Part shown: positions 54,943 through 64,000 of the stretch, one piece after another
How positions within the stretch are numbered: the first letter of the stretch is position 1
Layout of the letters: each line of letters begins with the position of its first letter
Assembly (NCBI RefSeq): GCF_006345805.1
Contig: NC_042998.1
Coordinates: 138,198,001-138,262,000 of the forward strand
From: Octopus sinensis
Taxonomy: Eukaryota
DNA length: 64,000 nt
Direction: 5' to 3'
The notes under the pieces: model-generated
What the model saw: only the letters and a program-made list of their open reading frames with translations
What the model was told of the DNA's origin: nothing
Databases searched by the model: none
Program-made: the position numbers and the translations under genes

Positions 54943-55303
54943 ATAAAGGATCGTGAGTAAGGCCAAAGCAGTGCGAAGTAAATCACAAGAAAACAAATAT
55001 GTGAATAATGTAGACTTACCTAGTATTCAATATTTCGGGGTTATGACCCGATTTTCAAGAAATTGACGAATGTTGCCAATGTACTGCTTGGCATTCGAGC
55101 CTGAAGCTCCAAAACAAACAGATAGTGAACACACAGAACAACCGTTGACTTACAGTGTCCCCACACGCACATCGACAACATTCGTCAATTTCTTGAAAAT
55201 GGGGTCATAACCCCGAAATATTGAATACAAGGTAAGTCTACATTAATTCACATATTTGTTTTCTTGTGATTTACCTTGCATTTACTTACCCACAATCCTT
55301 TAT
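54943..55303. repeat. Inverted repeat, ~135-bp arms, 87-nt spacer, hammerhead-like motif in each arm
   Basis: Arms 54943-55082 / 55170-55303; plus-strand motif ttc-TTGAAAA-t-gggg(tcataa)cccc-GAAATATT-gaa at 55190-55225. Confidence 0.9.
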
Positions 55304-55324
55304 GTAATATATTCTATGCAATGC

Positions 55325-55525
55325 TTATTTCTTTATTGCCCACAAGGGGCTAAACATAGAGAGGACAAACAAGGACAGACAAAGGGATTAAGTCGATTAC
55401 ATCGACCCCAGTGTGTAACTGGTACTTAATTTATCGACCCTGAAAGGATGAAAGGCAAAGTCGACCTCGGCGGAATTTGAACTCAGAACGTAGCGGCAGA
55501 CGAAATACCGTTAAGCATTTCGCCG
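55325..55525 (-). mobile_element. SINE family B (Nin-domain-like), well preserved
   Basis: Minus strand GTTCTGAGTTCAAATTCCGCCGAGGTCGACTTTGCCTTTCATCCTTTCAGGGTCGATAAATTAAGTACCAG. Confidence 0.85.
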
Positions 55526-55801
55526 CATTTCAATGCTTCTTAGTAATCATTTCATTGTGATATATATGTATGTATGTATGTATTTATGTATGCATGCATG
55601 TATGTATGTATGTATGTATGCATGTATGTATGTATGTATGTATGTATGTATGTATGTATGTATGTATGTATGTACGTACGTACGTACGTATGTATGTATG
55701 TATGTATGTATGTATGTATGTATGTATGTATGTATGTATGTATGTATGTATGTTGTGCATGTATGTATGTATTTATGTATGTATGTATGTATGTATGCAT
55801 A

Positions 55802-56488
55802 CAGGGTGCGTGGGTAAATTGACGCCATTTTATATTTTTCATTTCGTGCATTGTTTTTTTTTTGCCGACTACACAGTTTAGTCGGGTCAGCTGGGCACCG
55901 TCTGTGAGAAAAACAGCAGCACCATGACGCAGTTCACTCCGCCAGAAATTTGGAAACGACATGCTGTATTGCTTGGCTCTCGCGCCGGAAGCTCCAAAAC
56001 AAACAGATGGGGAACACACAGAACAACCGTTGGCTTGCTGTGTCCCCAGAACATGTACCAAGAGTTATAAAAATCAGACATCCAGTCAACATGATGGTGT
56101 TTGGAGTGCTCACTGGTGATGGCCATTTTATGCTTCTATTCATCTTCCTACACGGCCTCAGACACAACACGGAGGCCTGGGTGAAGTGGGTGGCTGTCAG
56201 ACAATTTCTGCGACCACATTACCCCTAACATCTGGCCACCTAACTCCCCAGACTGCAACCTCCTTCATTATTATTTGTAGGGTGCAGTGGAACGAGAGAC
56301 CAACAGAACTCTTTGTAACACCAAAGATGAACTAAAGTCACGGATTATGGCAGCATTAACCAACTTAAGCAAGGAGACCGTCCAGAAGATTTGTAGGAGA
56401 TTCCAAAGTCGTCTGGTAGCAATGGTTGAGATGTCAGTGTTATTTTCATTTTTGCGTAACTCAGACGCTAATGTATTCACCGACCCTG
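55802..56488 (+). mobile_element. Internally deleted Tc1/mariner-superfamily (maT/DD37D-like) transposon
   Basis: TA-CAGGGT...ACCCTG-TA ends; HPVNMMVFGVL..DG; WPPNSPDCN..YY..GAVE..KDELKSRI..CRRFQSRL. Confidence 0.8.
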
Positions 56489-56589
56489 TATATATATATA
56501 TGTATATATGTATATGTATATTTATAATGCATGTATATATATGTGTATATATATATATATATATATTATATATATTATATATATATATA

Positions 56590-56621
<32 letters not shown>

Positions 56622-56669
56622 ATTTATGATGGATATATATATATATACACACACATATATTCTTTCGCC

Positions 56670-56800
56670 AACTCCTTTGTTTGTTTCAATCATTAAGCTG
56701 CGGCCAAGCTGGGGGTCTTGCCTTGAATGGTTTATGAGAAGAAAACGACCTTAGTACTTATTCTAAGTTTGGCCTTTATCCTGGTATTTATCGTGGCGCA
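56670..56800 (-). mobile_element. SINE family A tail fragment
   Basis: ttgtttcaatcattaagctgcggccaagctgg..agtacttatt. Confidence 0.55.
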
Positions 56801-56821
56801 GAAGTATTTTTGACTTCTGTT

Positions 56822-56837
56822 TTTAGTGATGCAGGTG

Positions 56838-56874
<37 letters not shown>

Positions 56875-56893
56875 GAGCACCTGCATCGCTAAA
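56822..56893. repeat. 20-bp inverted repeat enclosing a pure (TA)n
   Basis: tttagtgatgcaggtgctca-(TA)n-tgagcacctgcatcgctaaa. Confidence 0.9.
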
Positions 56894-56894
56894 G

Positions 56895-56932
<38 letters not shown>

Positions 56933-57957
56933 GTTTCCGTTTTGTTTTACTTTTTGTTTCCTGTACTTATTCATTTTGTTTTTCTTTCTTCTTTTCAATG
57001 TTTTTCTTTTTATCTCCTCCCTTTTCTTCTTTAATTCTGTCTTAGACTTTCACTTTATTTCTCCGTTCGTCTTTGTTTCCATTCTTAGCCGGTTTTTTTT
57101 CTGTTTTTACTCATTTGTTTGATTGCTTTTACTATTATTGCTGTTGTATTTGTAATTAAATCGATTACTTTCATAGGGACAAATACTTTGATGAAATTCT
57201 AAGGCATCTTGATAAAAGAAACAGGATTTCTGACGAGAAAGTTTAATATTTTTTCCGTAAAAGGCATTATTAACGAAATGAAGAGGTTTCAAACTAAAAT
57301 TGAAACCGGGACCACAACTCATTTTATCAAGGCCTTTGTCATGTTTTCAGGGTTTTATTTTATTTATTTTTTTTTACTTGGAGGTATCGTAAGCTTTCCT
57401 CTCCCCTAATGGTGCTCACGACACTGAACTAAGATTTACAGATAAATCCATATCCCTCACGAAGATCTTATCATTTGTTGTTGAAAATAGTGACAATTAT
57501 CTCAGATTTCGTGCGTAAAGAATTTTAAAGGTCTAATGTCATAAAAAAAATAAAGAGAGGCGAGTTGGAAATATAAATTGTCATTTGAATCATTTGTGAA
57601 TGATAATAGAGAAATGTTTCTAAATATCTCCACTAACTCTATAAAATTTTTCTCTTTCCCATTATGGCCACCACTACTAACATCGTAGCCATCTTTACCA
57701 TCAGCAATAATTCCCATGACAAACAATGAGGAAGATTAAGTATTGCTGTGTAAAACCTATCCATTTAACAGCTAAATCTCACAATAAACTCTCTAGCTTC
57801 ATCGAAATAGAGAGACATCTACTTAAGTTTCAAATCTTTGGACGGCATGCCTCACAGTAATAATGGAGTGTATAAAGCTGGACCGCAGACCAAATATTTA
57901 ATTAGTTTCTTCCCAGTGAATAAGGTGTTACGTATACACATCGCTTAAAGAGAAGAA

Positions 57958-58410
57958 GTGTTCTCAGGTGGCGAAAAACTACAGCAGTCAGCATATTCAC
58001 GTTCGAATCTATCAGAATGTACTAACATTGAATAGGTACGTTATTTTTGGATTCTCGCTTTTCTGCGTGTACCCCATGAATCATCATTAACTTGGTAGAC
58101 ATGTAGAATCCATCAGAAAATAATTTGCCGATTCCTATAAACAAGAGCTCATGCTCTTGTGAGATTCATTGGTCCGGCGGGGTAGGTTTTACTGAGATGA
58201 CCCACATCGAGGTTGGAACACTGCAGTGTCTCGAAAGCCCCTTACACCAGTGAACCACGTGTATTATGACCACACAATGCTTGCAGGGAGATGTTCTCTG
58301 GTGGCAAAAAATAATAACAGCCAGATATTCACGTTCGAATGTGCCAGAAAGTACTAAGAATAGATACGTTATTGCTTTAATTCTCGCTCTTCTGTATGCT
58401 TCCCTGAAAT
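57958..58410 (+). repeat. Diverged ~120-bp direct repeat pair (57958-58080 / 58291-58410)
   Basis: tgttctc.ggtggc.aaaa...atattcacgttcgaat..cagaa.gtactaa..aatag.tacgttatt...attctcgct occurs twice. Confidence 0.8.
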
Positions 58411-58589
58411 ATTCCAGGATACTGTTTTACTTAAAAAGCTAGTTGATAACAATAACGGCTACAGTTTACAACTACGTAATACGAATATCTTACACTGACA
58501 CAGGGCAAATTTTTTTAGAGTAGTGTATAACAGAAAAGGGGTTTTATCAAACATCATGGCAAAGTTTAAATTCAAAGACCTTACTAATC

Positions 58590-58650
58590 AACACCTTGTG
58601 ATTGGAATTTGGTAGACTGAAACTTCGCGGAACCTTGTTGTCTATGTGTT
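58590..58650 (+). mobile_element. SINE family A core fragment
   Basis: ccttgtgattggaatttggtagactgaaact. Confidence 0.5.
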
Positions 58651-59127
58651 TATATGTCTCTGTCTGTCAGTTTGTCTGTTTGTCATTTTCTTTCTTTTTT
58701 TTTCATTCCTTAGAATAGATCCTCAAAGGAAAACGAATTCCTTAGAATAGATCCTCAAAGGTAACGAAGTCCTATTGTTGGAATTTGGACAACGATAATA
58801 AGTGTTATGTAATGAGCGTTGTACGTACGTATGTATGTATGTATGTATGTATGTATGTATGTATGTATACATACGTACGTACGTACGTACGTATGTATGT
58901 ATGTATGTATGTATGTATGTATGTATGTATGTATGTATGTATGTATGTAGGCATTCTTGTATACATTTATGTGTCCATGTATGTTTGAATGCATGTATGC
59001 AAGTATGAGTATACGTAAAAATGTATGCGTGCATATACATTTGCATAGATGTTATTAAATTCAAATAGACGCAATTGTACACACACACACACACGTACAC
59101 AAACGCACACACACATACACACACACA

Positions 59128-59173
<46 letters not shown>

Positions 59174-59444
59174 GCACAAACATGTACGTATATGTATATG
59201 AACGGCTTAAAATTCTTTCTAGAAGGAAAGAGACAGTTTCTAACATAGAAACAAAGCTCCATCGCTGGAATTTGGATGAAAACAACGAAATATATTATTT
59301 ATGTATACAAACAAACCAGATTAGCCGATTATCAGTGCAGAAGAATCAGATTATCAGAATACCATGGCACAGTGTACCAGATAAACTATATTTACAGAAT
59401 ATCAGATAAAAGAATGTAGAATACCAGATTGGCAGAATGAGAGA

Positions 59445-59590
59445 GTGTCAATGACGTCACTATAAGCAAATAAAATGCAACAACTACTACTAAGCAGATA
59501 CATTCCGTTGTTACATGACATCTGCCTAGTTGTCACTTCAGGGGAAATACTCCAGGGACGACTTGTGTCTTATGATTGGCGGAAATAGTA
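59445..59590. promoter_or_regulatory. Possible regulatory motif cluster (CRE, reverse CCAAT/E2F-like)
   Basis: TGACGTCA at 59452-59459; GATTGGCGGAAA at 59574-59585. Confidence 0.25.
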
Positions 59591-60374
59591 AAGATTTTGA
59601 TAGACTTCAATATTGTCAAAGACATACTGCCGTGCATCGCACCAAGCATTTGACACGTTAGAACTGTCAAAATGTACACTCTTGCCAAAACCAAACAGTT
59701 AGAGATACATCAGTTGTTAGCGTGACCGGAGATACTGAAAGATAAAAACAAACAATCAAAGAAAGAAATGGATATTTTTCTTTTTTATATTTTAAAGACC
59801 TATTTTTCACTCTAGAAAGACATGAGAATTGCGTTTTCCTCCATGCATTTTCGCACTTTCCATATACGACGTGCTGAGAGCTATGTCGAACGTGAAACGA
59901 ATTTAAATGGATAGGAAATACAGAACCAAGAACGTTAGAAGAATATAAAACTAGTAAATGAAAGTAAAATAAACCTTAATTCGAAACCCTGAGAGACGCC
60001 AAAACCACCACTGTTTTATCTGCGCCAACAATCACTATCGACATAGCCACCATTTTCGACATCATCATAACCACTAATGTCTATTCCTCTATTCAACATT
60101 ATTTCCTATCAGCAAAACCGTACCCGCCGCCATCACTTATAACACTGCTTCTTTCATCATCACCTTCATTTATCACCACCCGTCACACACACTTTTACCT
60201 TCACCGCCTCCATTTCTCAACACTATAATTTCACAATTACTACAATCGTATTCACTGTCATCACCAACATTGCACCACCAGTAACAACAACAAAAACAGC
60301 TGTAACAAAGCCACATCAACCGAAAAATAATGGATAATGAATATGCCAAAAATGGATATTCCAAAAATGTTATA

Positions 60375-60449
<75 letters not shown>

Positions 60450-60461
60450 TAATAATAATAA
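60375..60461. repeat. (AAT)n microsatellite
   Basis: Direct observation. Confidence 0.95.
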
Positions 60462-61324
60462 GAAGAAGAAATTAAAAGAGATGTCGCAGAATCTTAAATT
60501 AATATGTAGATAGATGGCGTTGGCTGAAAATCAATTTACGAGCGATTTTCGAGAGAAAGAAACAAACTATTTAATCAATTAATTAAAAATATCAAAAATA
60601 TAAATGTTCAGAAGAAAAATAAAACAAAGACTATGACGAATGTGATAAATATTATGAATTTCATATAGATGTGGCTCTTTTTCTTGTTTGAGAGAAGTAT
60701 TGTGTAAAAATAAATACACACAGGTTAGCAAACAGCTCTATGTTTCTATGTTTGTGTGTGTGAATCATGTCCTTGTATATGTTAAGCACAAATAGCAGGT
60801 AAAACACACAAGACTAGGAATATTTCAAACATGAGTACAAATCTCTCCTCATCAGCTGTTCAATAAAGGTCAGGGCAATTTCGGCATATTAATCAACAAG
60901 ATTGCTCACTTCTGATAGAATTATAACAAATTCCACCAAGGAAAGATTTAATGAAGGCGATGTGAGGGAGCGATTGGCACAACGAGATTGGGCGACAGCA
61001 ATATACGAAAATTTTAAGAACAGTTAGATTACAACAAGCATTGAAATCTGTACGACAAGGATCGTGCGCGCTCACGGTGAGAATAGCAAATTTGAAAATT
61101 TATCTCAAGCCAATCCTTTGTTATTTCAAAAATTAGTAAGCCATCTCGTATTTATGTTTTAACAGCTTTTCTTTCTTTCTTTTTAAGTTAAACATAACAA
61201 GCCTATATACAATATATATATATATATATATAAAATATTATTCGAGACAAAACCACTATTTTGCAAAACAAACAAGGAAAGACTAATTAATACATAAAAT
61301 TTTAATAAATAGTCAAAAAAACCG

Positions 61325-61367
61325 CCACTACAATCGTTTCTTGTCTTGATCGACAATCTTCAGGTGG
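61325..61367 (-). ncRNA. Mirror copy of the hammerhead ribozyme
   Basis: Reverse complement of 61415-61457. Confidence 0.85.
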
Positions 61368-61414
61368 ACTTCCAATAATTCAGTGTCATAATTTGACACT
61401 GAATTATTGGAAGT

Positions 61415-61457
61415 CCACCTGAAGATTGTCGATCAAGACAAGAAACGATTGTAGTGG
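61415..61457 (+). ncRNA. Minimal type I hammerhead ribozyme, canonical core
   Basis: ccac-CTGAAGA-ttgtc(gatcaa)gacaa-GAAAC(gatt)GTA-gtgg; predicted cleavage after A61453. Confidence 0.85.
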
Positions 61458-61905
61458 CGGTTTTTTTGACTATTTATTAAAATTTTATGTATTAATTAGT
61501 CTTTCCTTGTTTGTTTTGCAAAATAGTGGTTTTGTCTCGAATAATATTTTATAATATTTTACTATAAAATCGATTTAATCATAAATCTGATTTTTTCCCT
61601 GTAAATTTGGATTTATTCCCTAATATTTATTATATATATATATATATATATATAGTCAACGAATTCCAGATAAACTATCTACCCCCAGATATATCTCTGC
61701 AAACAATAACTCTCTACTCAAATGGGCTATGGTACCCTCAAAATGACTAATATGAAACATCTTTAAATGTCTTTTCCAGGAGATGCTATTAAGTTAGACA
61801 TGGCTTGGTCCAATGCAGGCCGAATCCTATCCTAGTAGCTATGTATCTAAATATATATATATACGGGGGTGCATGTGTGTACATGCTTCAAAATTATTGT
61901 CAGAG

Positions 61906-61954
<49 letters not shown>

Positions 61955-62504
61955 TTCATCAGGGAATTCATTCCTAGTTACATAAAGAAAACCAGTTTAT
62001 GGCTATGTATACTAAAAGCACACCCAACTGAAACAAAATTGGTTTGTCTAATTTGTATTACAGTGTATGTGTATCTCTCCGTGAATTATTGTAGTGCTGA
62101 AAGTTCAATACAGCGTAGCTGAGATTTTAATAAAGGTTCAAATTAATCGGAATAATGTGTTTTACTGGTTACAGATAGAAAAAAGACTTTTTGCTTAACC
62201 TTAGCGTGTAGAAATTTATCTATGTACTTGAAACTATATTAAATTAAAATACTGGTGTATATAACATTGATAATGTATATACGAACATGAAAAGGCACTA
62301 GCTGTAATATTTTGTCTCAGAGGAACTTCTCAAAGAGAAATGTGTTAAAAAAAAAACATGATTTCCCTTGGAGTACCGGAGTGTTACCAGAAACGGTGTT
62401 CTAGTCCTATTTACGACGAATGTCACGGACATTCTGTTCACAGCTAAAATAAATGTGTGTCTACTAAAATAAAAAAAAAGGTTGAGTGTAAACATATATA
62501 TATC

Positions 62505-63111
<607 letters not shown>

Positions 63112-63124
63112 TATATATATATAA

Positions 63125-63165
<41 letters not shown>

Positions 63166-63197
63166 TATTTATTTAATATGTTACAATTATTCAATAG

Positions 63198-63265
63198 TCA
63201 AGATAAAACTCTGAGTTTTCGGATGCCGAAGTGGAAATCCACAACACCATCTCTTCGGTTATCTG
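63198..63265 (-). ncRNA. Hammerhead-like motif with long stem II in a (TA)n-flanked insert (63160-63340)
   Basis: Minus strand agataa-CCGAAGA-gatg..gtggatttccac..catcc-GAAAACTCAGAGTTT-tatct. Confidence 0.45.
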
Positions 63266-63333
63266 GCCATCTCTATTTCCTCTATTTACATAATATTGAA
63301 CTCTTTCTTTCTTTTGTTATCTTACCGTTTTTA

Positions 63334-63390
<57 letters not shown>

Positions 63391-63392
<2 letters not shown>

Positions 63393-63786
63393 CTCTCTTT
63401 TACTCTCTTTTACTTGTTTCAGTCATTTGACTGCGGCCATGCTGGAGCACCGCCTTTAATCGAGCAACTCGACCCCGGGACTTATTCTTTTGTAAGCCCA
63501 GTACTTATTTAATCGGTCTCTTTTGCTGAACCGCTAAGTGACGGGGACATAAACACACCAGCATCGGTTGTCAAGCAATGCTAGGGGGACAAACACACAC
63601 ACACGCATATATATATATATATATACATATATAAACGACGGGCTTCTTTCAGTTTCCGTCTACCAAATCCACTCACAAGGCTTTGGTCGGCCCGAGGCTA
63701 TAGTAGAAGACACTTGCCCAAGGTGCCACGCAGTGGGACTGAACCCGGAACCATGTGGTTGGTAAACAAGCTACTTTCCACACAGC

Positions 63787-63789
<3 letters not shown>
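63391..63789 (-). mobile_element. SINE family A, near full length
   Basis: Highly similar to 62505-62982; GGCACCTTGGGCAAGTGTCTT core; (GTAAAAGA)n tail. Confidence 0.92.
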
Positions 63790-63820
<31 letters not shown>

Positions 63821-63902
63821 CGCGCAGACATATACATACATACAAATGTACAAGAGTGTTATGCAATGTATAGCATGCATATAAAAGCAGACATGTAAAA
63901 TA

Positions 63903-64000
63903 ATCTTTATATATATAAAACTGAGAATGTGTATCTGTCTGTCTGTGTGTTTCTCTAAAACTTGAGAACTACACAACCAATTTCATTCAAATTTTACATA
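63903..64000 (+). mobile_element. Non-autonomous Helitron 5' end, runs off the window
   Basis: a|TCTTTATATATATAAAA..gaatgtgt..(CTGT)n..aaccaatttcattcaaatttt. Confidence 0.55.

Larger units (their letters stand above)
61229..61553. repeat. Palindrome with 160-bp arms and 5-nt loop; right arm extends to about 61630
   Basis: 61229-61388 is the reverse complement of 61394-61553 with no mismatch found by eye; (TA)n on both sides. Confidence 0.97.

Noticed and set aside
58706-58761. 24-bp direct duplication (also a 19-bp one at 38922-38959)
   Set aside because: Ordinary local slippage with no element between the copies

Overview
AT-rich, extremely microsatellite-dense animal genomic DNA. The SINE families and simple-repeat load resemble an octopod (Octopus-like) genome; this is an inference. 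I find no supportable host protein-coding exon, rRNA, true tRNA or CRISPR array, and nearly all listed ORFs are translations of simple repeats. The window is a nested transposon graveyard. It holds Penelope-like retroelements (RT and GIY-YIG remnants at 20.4-23.9, 24.2-24.6 and 40.1-41.7 kb), an R4/Dong-like LINE, RTE and CR1 fragments, a Tc1, a mariner, a maT-like element, a MITE, a hAT relic, Helitron-type ends and about 20 tRNA-derived SINE copies, mostly on the minus strand. The most striking signal is a set of short, mostly (TA)n-embedded inserts that carry minimal type I hammerhead-ribozyme-like motifs, including non-canonical core variants (CUGUUGA, CUGCCGA, U3-A8 UUGAAAA, UGAUGG). Several of these inserts form head-to-head fold-back palindromes, up to 160-bp arms that look perfect by eye, whose turn-around point lies in or just 5' of the ribozyme. 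One has captured a piece of a neighbouring DNA transposon as its spacer. All calls are by eye; coordinates of degraded elements are approximate.
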